Shown piece by piece: positions 17,805 to 28,166 of a stretch of DNA of 64,000 nucleotides. The stretch spans positions 32,001-96,000 of IMG/VR virus record IMGVR_UViG_3300037804_000367. The stretch is one strand, 5' to 3'. Within the stretch, counting starts at the first letter, position 1, and each line of letters starts with the position of its first letter. Source of the stretch: a virus. The notes under the pieces were generated by a model. The model saw only the letters and a list, made by a program, of their open reading frames with translations, searched no databases and was not told the origin of the DNA. The translations under genes and the position numbers were made by a program.

Positions 17805-18172
17805 GATAAATGTTCACTCATTTTAATAAAAAGTAACACTTCTTTACATGGATTGTCAATATATTGAATAGTGTATACATTTTGTTGTACAGCAGCAAGT
17901 TGAATTTCAATTGATGGATTGTTTATGTAGGTTATAGCATTTCCATATTGTTGTACAGCAGCAAGTTGAATTTCAATTGATGGATTGTCAATGAATCGAA
18001 TAACATACCCCTCTTGTTGTACAGCAGCAAGTTGAACTTCTCGAGAAGGGTCTTTAATATATTGAATAACATACCCCTCTTGTTGTACAGCAGCAAGTTG
18101 AACTTCTCGAGAAGGGTCTTTAATATATTGAATAGCATATCCACTTTGTTGTACTTTCTGTAAGTCGGTCAT
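17801..18172 (-). CDS. 22-aa repeat protein (DUF4116-like), 4 full repeats, MxxHL tag
   Basis: Contains an exact 66-bp tandem duplication (18001-18132); ends KMSEHLS*. Confidence 0.85.
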   Translation of the reverse strand: MTDLQKVQQSGYAIQYIKDPSREVQLAAVQQEGYVIQYIKDPSREVQLAAVQQEGYVIRFIDNPSIEIQLAAVQQYGNAITYINNPSIEIQLAAVQQNVYTIQYIDNPCKEVLLFIKMSEHLS

Positions 18173-18408
18173 GATAAATGTTCACTCATTTTAATAAAAA
18201 GTAACACTTCTTGAGAAGGGTCTTTTATACATTCAATAGCATATTCACTGTGTTGTACAGCGGCTAGTTGAATTTCAATTGAGGGATTGTTAATAAATTC
18301 AATATTATATCCATCTTGTTGCACAGCAGCTAGTTGGACTTCTCGAGATGGATTGTCAATGTATTGAATAGCATATCCATCTTGTTGTACTTTTTGTAAA
18401 TCAGTCAT
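18169..18408 (-). CDS. 22-aa repeat protein (DUF4116-like), 2 full repeats, MxxHL tag
   Basis: MTDLQKVQ...KMSEHLS*. Confidence 0.85.
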   Translation of the reverse strand: MTDLQKVQQDGYAIQYIDNPSREVQLAAVQQDGYNIEFINNPSIEIQLAAVQHSEYAIECIKDPSQEVLLFIKMSEHLS

Positions 18409-18644
18409 GATAAATGTTTACTCATTTTAATATAAAGTAAAACTTCGCTTGATGGATTGTTTATGTAGTTAATAGCATTTCCATATTGTTGTACAGCAGT
18501 TAGTTGGACTTCACGAGACGGATTGTTAATATATTCAATATTATATCCATCTTGTTGCACAGCAGATAGTTGAATTTCGATAGATGGATCTTTAATATAT
18601 AAAATAGCATATCCATTTTGCTGTACTTTTTGTAAGTCAGTCAT
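18405..18644 (-). CDS. 22-aa repeat protein (DUF4116-like), 2 full repeats, MxxHL tag
   Basis: MTDLQKVQ...KMSKHLS*. Confidence 0.85.
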   Translation of the reverse strand: MTDLQKVQQNGYAILYIKDPSIEIQLSAVQQDGYNIEYINNPSREVQLTAVQQYGNAINYINNPSSEVLLYIKMSKHLS

Positions 18645-19276
18645 AATATATGCTCACTCATTTTACAATGTAGCTTTACAACTTCAGATGGATTGTCAAT
18701 ATAATTAATAGTGTATACATTTTGTTGTACAGCGGCAAGTTGAATTTCACCTGATGGATTGTCTATGTAGTTAATAGCATATCCTCCTTGTTGAACAGCA
18801 GCTATTTGAATCGCTTCGCTTGGATCTTTAATATATTGAATGGCATAACTATTTTGCTGAACTGCGGCTAGTTGAATCTCTTTACTAGGATTGTTAATAT
18901 ATTTAATAGCATATCCACTTTGTTGTGCAGCAGCTAATTGAATCTCTTCAGACGGATTGTTAATATATTCAATTGAGTTTCCATCTTGGTGTACAGCTGC
19001 TAGTTGAATTACTTCACTAGGATTTTTAATAAATTGAATTGCATATCCATGTTGTTGAACAGCTACCAGTTGAATTAATTCAGATGGATTATCAATGTCT
19101 TGAATTGCATAACCATCTTGTTGTACAGCAGCTAATTGAACTTCTTCACTTGGATCTTTAATATATTGAATTGTAATTCCCTTTTGTCGTACAGCAGCTA
19201 GTGGGACTTCGATAGACGGATCTTTAATATCTCGAATAGCATATCCATTTTGCTGTACTTTTTGTAAGTCGGTCAT
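18641..19276 (-). CDS. 22-aa repeat protein (DUF4116-like), 8 full repeats, MxxHL tag
   Basis: MTDLQKVQ...KMSEHIL*. Confidence 0.85.
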   Translation of the reverse strand: MTDLQKVQQNGYAIRDIKDPSIEVPLAAVRQKGITIQYIKDPSEEVQLAAVQQDGYAIQDIDNPSELIQLVAVQQHGYAIQFIKNPSEVIQLAAVHQDGNSIEYINNPSEEIQLAAAQQSGYAIKYINNPSKEIQLAAVQQNSYAIQYIKDPSEAIQIAAVQQGGYAINYIDNPSGEIQLAAVQQNVYTINYIDNPSEVVKLHCKMSEHIL

Positions 19277-19603
19277 TGTGTCCTCTTTTATAATTCGACA
19301 CTACTGTTTGCTACATGTTGCTTTATTCTTTTAGCTAGGCCTTTGCCACCAGCGTCTACTTCTTGTAAGATGTTTTGAACAAGTGATTCCATAAACATAG
19401 TTTGTTCTCTTTCTAACTCTAACTCTCTATACTTGCGCGTAGCTAATTCTTGTTGTGCCATTCTTTCATTGGCCATAAACGATATACACTCTTGTGTACT
19501 GATATAATCAATGTCTGTTTTGAATTCAAACTGTAACTCTTGTTGTAATAAAACTTTAGTTGCAAACTCGGTCATGTTAATATCTCCAGTGTTTAATTTA
19601 ACT

Positions 19604-20131
19604 TTACTTCTTTCTAAATTTAGTAATTATTCTTACATGCAAGCATTGGATATTATATCCGCCTGCATAGATTGCTTCGACACTCATGACAAATTTGTCA
19701 TTGACTAGAAACTCAAAGCAGAATTGAGACTCAACTGTCTTTACAAATGTATCAATTGCTTCGCCGTCTAGTTTCTTTAGAGCTTTTGCTTCAAGTCCCT
19801 TTGCACAATTGTACCACTTCTTGTTGAATACTTTTTCGACATGCTCAATCTGGTAATCTTCTCTACAAAAGATATAATCTTGGTCGGCACGAGCAACGTT
19901 TGCATATTTCCACTCAAGTGAACACTGACTAACCATTTGATCTCTTTTAGAACGAGGCACAGGACGACAACCAGTTATACCAAACTTATCAAGCTTCTCT
20001 GCATTCCAAAGCTCATCGAGTTGATTCATCTTAGCTCTTGCGTTTGCATAAAACTCAAGCTTCTTTTTCTTTTGAATTTCAAAGTGTGGCTTGATTGCTA
20101 GTTTGATTTGGTCAAGTGCTGTCATAATCAT
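19604..20131 (-). CDS. Hypothetical protein, first gene of a module
   Basis: 175 aa; follows the 20164 promoter. Confidence 0.7.
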   Translation of the reverse strand: MIMTALDQIKLAIKPHFEIQKKKKLEFYANARAKMNQLDELWNAEKLDKFGITGCRPVPRSKRDQMVSQCSLEWKYANVARADQDYIFCREDYQIEHVEKVFNKKWYNCAKGLEAKALKKLDGEAIDTFVKTVESQFCFEFLVNDKFVMSVEAIYAGGYNIQCLHVRIITKFRKK

Positions 20132-20163
20132 CTTCCTTTTACATTTTCTTTCTTACCTATATT

Positions 20164-20192
20164 AATATACACTCACAACTGCAATTAGTCAA
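20164..20192 (-). promoter_or_regulatory. Early-type promoter (17-nt spacer variant)
   Basis: TTGACT-N17-TATATT. Confidence 0.75.
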
Positions 20193-20213
20193 GCTGTTTT
20201 ATACAGTTTATAC

Positions 20214-20247
20214 AAAAAAAGATCCAATTAAATTAATAATTGGATCT
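20214..20247 (-). terminator. Intrinsic terminator
   Basis: agatccaatta/taattggatct stem followed by a U-run on the minus strand. Confidence 0.7.
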
Positions 20248-20278
20248 AGTATCTCCAGGTAAGAAGAAAATATGTTAT

Positions 20279-20584
20279 CTAAATGTTAATCTGTCTACAT
20301 GCCTTATCAAAATCTGCTTGCAATTGTTCTAGAGTAGGCCAATTTTCTCTGGCTAGATGTTTCCTCATATGTTGTTCAAGTATTTGTATTTCAAAAATCT
20401 TTTTTGATAGTTGTATATCTGTTATGTCTTGTTCATTTGATTGTAAAAAAGTTGATAAGTGAAAATATTCCCAATAGGAATGTTTTTCATTGTATCGTTC
20501 TACTTCCAAACTTTTTAAATCGCGTGTACGAATGTAAAGGATATCGTGTAAGTAGTTAGAGCTAATCCTCATAAAGTAAAACAT
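20279..20584 (-). CDS. Hypothetical protein with an internal MxxHL motif and C-terminal extension
   Basis: LEQHMRKHLARENW... Confidence 0.7.
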   Translation of the reverse strand: MFYFMRISSNYLHDILYIRTRDLKSLEVERYNEKHSYWEYFHLSTFLQSNEQDITDIQLSKKIFEIQILEQHMRKHLARENWPTLEQLQADFDKACRQINI

Positions 20585-20586
20585 AA

Positions 20587-20904
20587 TTAGTCCAAGTGTT
20601 TTGACATCGCTTTGTTTAACTCATAATGTTCCATGTCTTCTTTTTGCTTATCAGTTAGAGAGTTGTTTACTTTTACACAATACAATTCAACTGAGTTTGG
20701 TCTCATGTTATCATTTAAGTGTCCCACCCCATCTCTATTTTTCATTAAGCAATAAGGAATTTCAAACAGAGCCATCTTTGGTTTGCCTTGTTGTGTATAT
20801 TCATAACCAGTAAAGATTCCAATTCTCATTCCGTATCCTTTATCGCTACTCGGGATAGCAACAATGTCACCTTTTTCAATTGTATTTCCTAACATGTCTG
20901 TCAT
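20587..20904 (-). CDS. SH3/YorX-like hypothetical protein with MxxHL tag
   Basis: DMLGNTIEKGDIVA...; ends KAMSKHLD*. Confidence 0.7.
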   Translation of the reverse strand: MTDMLGNTIEKGDIVAIPSSDKGYGMRIGIFTGYEYTQQGKPKMALFEIPYCLMKNRDGVGHLNDNMRPNSVELYCVKVNNSLTDKQKEDMEHYELNKAMSKHLD

Positions 20905-20920
20905 AAGTTTGCCTTTTAAT

Positions 20921-21175
20921 TTAAATGTTCGTGTTTAGATATTGTCGCATTTTATTTAATGTTTGATAGTGTTCGCGCTTAACAAAATCATATTTTACAT
21001 CGCCAAGACCATTGCCCTTTAAGAACAAATCAAATACTTCAGTGGACATTTTAGTTTGGTGATTGTGAGTGTCGTAGTCGAACAACTTTATTTCATTGTT
21101 CTTCTCATAGAACATATAGAATGATACAACACCGTTACATGTCTTCATTATTAAATCATTAGCTGGATATTTCAT
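20921..21175 (-). CDS. ~82-aa paralogue family member, tag variant
   Basis: IMKT..SFY...KYDFV; ends KMRQYLNTNI*. Confidence 0.75.
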   Translation of the reverse strand: MKYPANDLIMKTCNGVVSFYMFYEKNNEIKLFDYDTHNHQTKMSTEVFDLFLKGNGLGDVKYDFVKREHYQTLNKMRQYLNTNI

Positions 21176-21420
21176 TATACTAAATGCTCGCTCATTGCTT
21201 TGTAAGTTATCATCTGTTCTTTAGTAACAAAATCATATTTGGTTCCTTGAAACCCTTCTAGGAATGATTTGAATAGATTCCTTGATGGTTGTGTACTTAT
21301 TTCAGCGGTTCCATAATAGTATAACATTATCCAATCACATTTTGGACCTAGATCTTTAATATTATAAAAACTTATTTTAGATCCTTTGGTTTTCATTATA
21401 ATATTTGTTCGGTCAATCAT
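21175..21420 (-). CDS. ~82-aa paralogue family member with MxxHL tag
   Basis: Ends KAMSEHLV*. Confidence 0.75.
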   Translation of the reverse strand: MIDRTNIIMKTKGSKISFYNIKDLGPKCDWIMLYYYGTAEISTQPSRNLFKSFLEGFQGTKYDFVTKEQMITYKAMSEHLV

Positions 21421-21421
21421 T

Positions 21422-21682
21422 TTAAACCATCTTTGTTAAATGCTTTCTCATTTTGGAATATGTATTTATTTGGTCTTCAGTAATGTAATCATACTTCTCT
21501 ACTTTAGTACCTTTTAAGTTTGTTTGAAATTGATCAGCTGTTAGTTTGATTCTGCTCATTGGACCATTAGCAGCACGTATTTCAAACAGTTCGATGTCGG
21601 TAGTTTCTTTGGTCCACACTTGAAAGAATGAAACAATGTTTGTTTTGTAATGTGTTACCATTATGAAAGTTCTTTTGCCCAT
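21422..21682 (-). CDS. ~82-aa paralogue family member with MxxHL tag
   Basis: Ends KMRKHLTKMV*. Confidence 0.75.
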   Translation of the reverse strand: MGKRTFIMVTHYKTNIVSFFQVWTKETTDIELFEIRAANGPMSRIKLTADQFQTNLKGTKVEKYDYITEDQINTYSKMRKHLTKMV

Positions 21683-21683
21683 G

Positions 21684-21935
21684 TTAAACTTCCTTATCTA
21701 AATGTTCGTTCATTTTCTTTAATGTTTTCATTTGTGTTTCAGAAACGTATTCAAACTTTACTCCATTCAATCCTCTAAGCAATGCTTGGAACACATGTGG
21801 CGTTAGTTTAGTATGTTCGTCAGGTGGTCTTCCAAACTCATATAACAATACAGACTGATTTGGTTTACCAGCTAGTACAGAATAGAATCTTATTTTGTTA
21901 CCTTCCGTTTCCATAATGATTTCAAGATCGTTCAT
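21684..21935 (-). CDS. ~82-aa paralogue family member with MxxHL tag
   Basis: Ends KMNEHLDKEV*. Confidence 0.75.
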   Translation of the reverse strand: MNDLEIIMETEGNKIRFYSVLAGKPNQSVLLYEFGRPPDEHTKLTPHVFQALLRGLNGVKFEYVSETQMKTLKKMNEHLDKEV

Positions 21936-22139
21936 TTGTGATCGTCTCTGAATACTAACTGATAGTTTACGAATTCGAATAACAATTTAGACTTTGCATA
22001 TAGAATAGCACAAGGCATATCTTTCTTATCATGTGACTCAGCTGCTATCACAAGTCTTTCAAGAGCGGTTGTTAGTTCTTTGATTCGTTCGTCCTTTGTT
22101 TCCTTTGGACACGGTAGGTTTTCTTGAGCCATTATGTTG

Positions 22140-22385
22140 TTACCTTGTTAAATGCTCTTGCATCTTTTGATAAGTTGCTACCCACTCTTCAGTAACCCAG
22201 TCATACTTTATTCCTGGTTTACCTTTTAGGAAATTATCAAACATGTTTCTTGAGGGATGTAAATGTAATTGCGGAGATCCAAACATAAACATTTTTACTC
22301 TTCCCATTTTTGAATCGTAGTCTTCTATTGTAAAGAAGTCTATCTTTTCGTTTTGAGTTCTCTGTATAATGTTTGTTTGTTTCAT
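22140..22385 (-). CDS. ~82-aa paralogue family member with MxxHL tag
   Basis: Ends KMQEHLTR*. Confidence 0.75.
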   Translation of the reverse strand: MKQTNIIQRTQNEKIDFFTIEDYDSKMGRVKMFMFGSPQLHLHPSRNMFDNFLKGKPGIKYDWVTEEWVATYQKMQEHLTR

Positions 22386-22843
22386 TTCTAAAACTTTCCT
22401 TTTATTTGTTCGCCTTTGTAAGTAACATTATGGGGCGCCCAACAACATGAACGATTATTGATATAAGTTTTTACTCTAACCCATTCAAATGGAAAATCAT
22501 TTTTTACTTCCTCAACTCTTCCTAAACCATCCGAACAAATAACTTCCATTCCTAATACAAGATCTTCGAGTTTCATATTTTACCTTTTTTGATCTTTTTG
22601 TAAACTACGTCTTTACCATCTTTTCGATTATCACTAGTACAATGAAAATCAGGATCTGTTAAACATGAACTTTCGTAATCACATCTTTCACAAATAGCAC
22701 CTCCTAGTTCAGGGTAGCCATCACTGATTGCTTCAAAGCCATTAGGTGCTTCGTCTTTATCAATCATTGTTAGTTCCTCTTTTTACATTTTTTTGCCACT
22801 AACCAAATTTCATTATTTTAAAAACATTTCAACAATTGTACTT

Positions 22844-23203
22844 TTATAATAAATGTTTTTTCATTTTTTGTTCTAAAAAGTAAGAGTTTAATGCTGGGTT
22901 CCAAATGTGTTTGTGATTTGGACAATATTTTGGTAAGTATTTTCTACATGATAATACAAATGTTTTTGTATCAAACCACTTTTCGAAATGCTCACTACAG
23001 AACATTATCAGTAATTTACATTCGATTGATGACATTGTCATGTTTTGTGGGTCAAACCATTTATCAAAATGCTCATGACAGTTTTGTATTAGTAAAGGAT
23101 AATGAGACCAATTAAATTTGTCCTTGTCAAACCATTGATCAAAATGCCAATTGTGTTTCTTTAACCACTCTCTAGTATATTGTATTTTCATTTTAATCCA
23201 CAA
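22844..23203 (-). CDS. Trp/Cys-rich 25-aa repeat protein (FDKWFD family) with MxxHL tag
   Basis: HFDxWFD repeats; ends QKMKKHLL*. Confidence 0.8.
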   Translation of the reverse strand: MWIKMKIQYTREWLKKHNWHFDQWFDKDKFNWSHYPLLIQNCHEHFDKWFDPQNMTMSSIECKLLIMFCSEHFEKWFDTKTFVLSCRKYLPKYCPNHKHIWNPALNSYFLEQKMKKHLL

Positions 23204-23459
23204 AATATTTTTTCATTTTTTGTTCAAGAGTTTGTATTTGTACTTGTTTGTTCATTTCGCTTTGTGTAATCTCGATATCTTTTTTATGCATTCCGACAGC
23301 AACTAAAGGACTCCAAGATTTTTTTACCCATTCTTTTTGTTCCAAATTCCACTTGTAAATTGTATTTGGAGATTGTAACACAAACAAACTTATTTGTTTA
23401 TTTGTATGAGTTCGTTTCCAATATTTAAATTCAATTGCTGTCATATTACTATCTACCAT
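23193..23459 (-). CDS. Hypothetical protein, tag variant
   Basis: Ends LEQKMKKYFVD*. Confidence 0.7.
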   Translation of the reverse strand: MVDSNMTAIEFKYWKRTHTNKQISLFVLQSPNTIYKWNLEQKEWVKKSWSPLVAVGMHKKDIEITQSEMNKQVQIQTLEQKMKKYFVD

Positions 23460-24455
23460 TCCATTTCATGCCATTCGGCCCCAGTAATTTTCCTAAGCTC
23501 ATCATGAGTGGTTGAGTACTCCCACGCATTGTCGCCTCTTGTCTGACCATCTTCTGCTTTATTGTATCCGTCTTGAAAAGACTCAAGTACTAGGTTCATC
23601 AACGATATAGATTTCTTTCTTAGAAATGACTTTTCATTACTTTCATAATTTAGTTTGGCATTGAGATCTTCAATCGTTTTTGTTAGATCCTTTATGCAGT
23701 TTTGGTACTGTGCTTCCGTTTCGGAAAACTTCTGTAATTTACTCATTGTTTGTTTCTCTTTAACATTCCTGGCCACATGATCATATACAATACAGCAATT
23801 ATTGTCCAAGCTATTATTCTTATATAAAGTTGTTCACCAGAGTTATGTTTTGGACGATAGGCAAACAATCTATCAAACAGTAAAACAATTAATCCTATTA
23901 ACATGTACACTAGTACAATAATTGCTACAATAATTAAAATGCTCATTCACTTTCCTTGTTTAGATGCTTTGTCATTTTTGTTGGACGTCCATGTCATCGT
24001 ATAGTCCAGGAACATTAAATGGAATGTCTTTTGTAAACGGAAGAGTTTCTCTTATTTTACTTTCTAACAATTTGAGTTCTTTTAGTGATACAAACTTATC
24101 AGCGGTTATGATTTCAAAAATGTCCATTAACTGCTCTCTACCTTTAAACGAGTCGCCACTTATAAAACTATCATACAATTTAAAAGCAGATGATTTATAG
24201 TTTGGTTCATTATTAAATTTAGATTCTTTATCCCCTAAATTGATAAGAGTAATTAGTAATACTACACTAACTATTGATATACAAACTTTTGCAATTGTCG
24301 AGTCTGAAAATTTCATTATTTAGTTTCCTTTAATTTTACGATCTCATGAGCAGCTTCCCAAATCTTTAAATAATTATCAATATCAGAGTATTCAGAAATG
24401 ATTCCATGCTTCTGTAAAACAATAATTACTTGTTGTGCATCTTTTGTGTCTTGAG

Positions 24456-24716
24456 TCATTTTGTTAACCACTTTGCTTGTTTATAATTATTACATCTCTT
24501 TGCAACCTTTACCCAAGCCGTTAAGCAATCTTGCCAATCGAATGGTTCTACTTGACTGGTTGCATGACAGCTACAACATTCTAACATATATTTGTCTGGA
24601 AAGGTTCCCCAAGCTATTCGTTGTTTAACATACAGTTGATTGTGTCCTTTACAAAATGGACACGGATAGGGATTTTCATGATCCTCAGTTGTCCCTATCA
24701 TTTCAAAATCTTTCAT
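24456..24716 (-). CDS. Lar-like (restriction alleviation-type) zinc-ribbon protein
   Basis: PCPFC...ECCSCHA...AW pattern. Confidence 0.55.
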   Translation of the reverse strand: MKDFEMIGTTEDHENPYPCPFCKGHNQLYVKQRIAWGTFPDKYMLECCSCHATSQVEPFDWQDCLTAWVKVAKRCNNYKQAKWLTK

Positions 24717-25119
24717 TTAAGTGGCTTATATAATATTTTGTTTGTTCGACATCTGCACTTATTAAGAACCTGAGTTGAATTATAAAATCCTCTATTCTTC
24801 CTTGAAGCAAAGGTTGTAGATCTTCAAACTTCTTTCCATCAAACTCTCCGTCTATTAGATGAAATTTGTTATCTATAAAAGCAGCGAAGACCATAACTAA
24901 ATGAGCATTAAAAATACAATCTATAGTTTCTTTGTTATATTTTAAATGTACAGCTGGTAATTCTAAACCATAAATAGCTGCTTCTATTATTAAATTTGGA
25001 TTACATTGTTTACGATTATCTTTTTTATAGTCGATATCTAGTTGATAAGTTCCACACTTTATCTTTTTTATTAAAGAATTAACCGAAGTAAAATCTTTAG
25101 ATATTCTTATTCGTTCCAT
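24703..25119 (-). CDS. Degenerate DUF262/GmrSD-N-like protein
   Basis: YQ...LIIEAAIYGLELPAV...F.DNKFHL...KFEDLQPLLQ resembles DUF262, but the DGQQR motif is absent. Confidence 0.4.
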   Translation of the reverse strand: MERIRISKDFTSVNSLIKKIKCGTYQLDIDYKKDNRKQCNPNLIIEAAIYGLELPAVHLKYNKETIDCIFNAHLVMVFAAFIDNKFHLIDGEFDGKKFEDLQPLLQGRIEDFIIQLRFLISADVEQTKYYISHLNERF

Positions 25120-25999
25120 TTTGTTTCCTTGTTTTGTTTTGAAACGCGATCATTGAATAAATCAGCATCTTGATAAATCATTTCATTGATCAATACGATA
25201 GCCGCATTCAAATCTTCTATAGCAACCTTTGCTTGATAAAGAGCATTCTGCTTTCTATCTTTTAGCGCTCTGAGTACTTCAAGTTCGCTTTTATAGATAA
25301 TTGTGTAATGACTATTTTTGTTTATCGTGTTTTTGATAGGTGGAAAATTTTTTTGATCTTTATCTGTTGAATTAACCATTTGAATAACAATTAAGTCTTT
25401 GATATGTTCAACGACTTTGAATTTGTCAATGATATCAGATGATCCTCTGAACATGTAGATAAACTCATCCATTACTTTTTTAGTCCTTCCATCAAAAAGA
25501 TAATACGGTCTTTCTTTTCAATGATTTCATTTTGGATGGTGTACACTTCAAGTTCATCTCTGAGCTTAGCAGCAGATTTGTTTCTGTCAGCCTGCCACTC
25601 GAGTTGTTCCTTTTCGCCCATTAGATAAGCAGCACCAGGCCAAAGATTTTCATCTTGAAGCTGAGCGATTGTTTCTTCTACTAAAAATTTGATAGTCATG
25701 TTATACTTCCAATACTTTAAAAGTGTTTAATTCAATACCACGGCCGTTGACTTTTTCAACAACATCACTCATCCATTCATGATCGGCAAATTTTTTAAAT
25801 TGATCTACCCAAACAAAGTAAGCTTCTTCGCTAGCTTTTTCTGCATTTCGAGCTCTGACAAACACTTCGACTTTCATAGTCTTTGCATCTCTTTTTCTCT
25901 TTGCAATTCTGTCGGTATCAGGAGCGATTTCATAAACTGCTTGTACTTTGAATGTGGCCATGATTTTTTCCTTATTAATTTATCTTTCTTACCTATTAT

Positions 26000-26027
26000 A
26001 GTATAAGCCCTTAAACAAATAAGTCAA
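26000..26027 (-). promoter_or_regulatory. Early-type promoter
   Basis: TTGACT-N16-TATACT. Confidence 0.78.
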
Positions 26028-26183
26028 CTTCAAAGTAACTTTATTTTGGTAGTTTTGATTCACATTGTAGACAACGGAAGCATCTTCCCTTTTGGCTCTC
26101 TATACAGAAACCTGGATTTGGTCTGAATTGTTCAAGAGGCTTTATCGTGTGACAAATGTAACAGTTCTTTTCGTCTGGTTTGT

Positions 26184-26396
26184 TCATGTTAAGTGTTTTC
26201 TCATCTTTCGTTCAAGCAACCGTTCGTTTAATAATCGTATACCGTTTTGCTCACTGCCAACTTCTGGATAGCTTAATTGAGTTCTACTATATTGTCCCCT
26301 ACTCCATTTTCCATTTTTATAGAATTCTGTTTTGGGATTTGGAAATTGAGTATTAACTTTAAAAAGTGTTACTCCTGATAAGTGATAAGTGGTCAT
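26184..26396 (-). CDS. Hypothetical protein with MxxHL tag
   Basis: Ends ERKMRKHLT*. Confidence 0.72.
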   Translation of the reverse strand: MTTYHLSGVTLFKVNTQFPNPKTEFYKNGKWSRGQYSRTQLSYPEVGSEQNGIRLLNERLLERKMRKHLT

Positions 26397-26936
26397 CTTA
26401 ATGTCCTATCCAATAGTAGTCGCCACATGAAACTCTTTGTTGGTTTGTATCAGCAGCAACTTTATCTAACAACTCTTGAGAGGAATTTGAACTATGAAAC
26501 AGCTCTCCGTTCTTCAACATAATGTGACGGTGTTTACTGAATATGCTACCAGTTTTTAATTCGTATTCATTTCCGCCTTTTGTGTACTTCCATAACATAA
26601 TGATTACCTCGATTGTTGTTCGTTTATTAAACCTTCCCAATATGAAATCTGTTTATCTATTCCTCTCAGCTGACATCCAACATAATGATCTCCGTCAATA
26701 CTAGCTTGAACGTTTGTGATGTTGCAATGTATGCAATGAGGGTAGTACACTGTGTCGTCCCAACAATTATCGTGTTTGATAATTAACTTGTTAAGCATGT
26801 TGTTTAATCTAGTTAATGTTGGGACGCAATTATCTTTCATTTTCAATTCCTTTAATCTAATACAAAGTATGCTACAACCATTGCAAGTATGTTACACCAT
26901 GCTAACAATATACCAATGTAAATTAAATATTGCATT

Positions 26937-27311
26937 TTATCTTTTCACAGGGTCTTGGAATTTGTACACTAATGTGAAGTCAACATTTCCATAGAAGTCT
27001 CTCTTGAACTTCTTTTCAACTGTAAAATGATTATTGACTTTCTTTGCATCTGTTGACGAGTACACTGTGTCGTCACCTTTAACCTTCCATGATACATAGT
27101 CATTAGATCTCAAAACTTGTTCAATGGCTATTGGTTCATTTGGTTCTTTACTTTCATAAGTTATTTCACATGGAATAAACCAGAAGGCTACTACTTGTAA
27201 CATTATTCCAATTACTATTAAAAAAGGATCAAAATCATTCTTTATCCCAAAAATAATTATCGTAATTCCTATTACACTAAATACTATCATTATCAATGCT
27301 ATTACTACCAT
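26937..27311 (-). CDS. Two-TM membrane protein
   Basis: Two hydrophobic helices at the N-terminus. Confidence 0.65.
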   Translation of the reverse strand: MVVIALIMIVFSVIGITIIIFGIKNDFDPFLIVIGIMLQVVAFWFIPCEITYESKEPNEPIAIEQVLRSNDYVSWKVKGDDTVYSSTDAKKVNNHFTVEKKFKRDFYGNVDFTLVYKFQDPVKR

Positions 27312-27344
27312 GTTTACTACCTCTTTGTTTTTATTAATTTAAAA

Positions 27345-27500
27345 AGAAAAGGCTTTCCACCTTTATGTCGGGTTTGCCCTCTGCGGTTCCGAGGTCGAAC
27401 TATTAAGCTGATTACAGCACCATTACTGGTAAGGTAGCCACCGAACTATTAAACTGCAGTCTTGACCACAAGGGAATACGGGCCACAGTTCTCATACGTC
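27345..27500. ncRNA. Candidate structured intergenic/leader RNA
   Basis: GC-rich 190-bp gap; 11-nt direct repeat cgaactattaa (27396, 27442); several short hairpins. Confidence 0.35.
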
Positions 27501-28138
27501 ATTTAATATCGTTTTAAGATTGAATCAAATACAAATTTTGGTAAAGGGATTCGATTTCGATTGTCATTGTAATATTGACCTTCACCTTTCTCTCCAGTAC
27601 TTTCATACCAATCAACTCTATAAGATCCTTCATCAGTTTTTTCAATTACTTTAAAAATTGTTTCTGGAATAGTTTCATCAGTGCCAATCAAAGTCTCGTG
27701 AGGGTTTAACCAATAGGTACCTGGTTCCATTTGTGTCTTACCGTGAGGGAAGTCTTTCAAAATTAAGCTCCTTTTTTAAAGTAAACAGCATTGATTCTGG
27801 TTTCGGTTTCATGCCAAATGATTCCGTCAATAAAGTTCCATTGTTCAATCCAAACCTTCTCAGTTGGGTCATTAGCTAATTTGATAAGAGAATTGATCTT
27901 ACGAGAAACAGCTTTGTCGCTGACTTCATCTTCTGTGATTTTATATCCACGATCTATGCTTTGCTGTTCAACTTCACTAGACTTGTATTTGTAATTTCCA
28001 TTACATCCGCACATGCAACCTAGATTCCCACTATAAGAACTATGGATAGTAGATTTTAATTCGTTGATCATTTCCTGGCTTGCTTCAATTTTGACAGCTT
28101 CTTTCATTTTCAATTCCTTTTATTTTCTTACCTATTAT

Positions 28139-28166
28139 ACTATACGCCCTTAAATAGATAAGTCAA
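28139..28166 (-). promoter_or_regulatory. Early-type promoter
   Basis: TTGACT-N16-TATAGT. Confidence 0.8.

Noticed and set aside
17367-19276. CRISPR array or DGR template/variable repeats
   Set aside because: The 66-bp units are in-frame coding repeats without unique spacers. No reverse transcriptase or adenine-specific mismatch pattern was seen in the window.
27355-27385. c-di-GMP-I (GEMM) riboswitch
   Set aside because: Only the GGGCAAACC word matches; the GNRA-capped P2 and the P3 arm are not reconstructable by eye.
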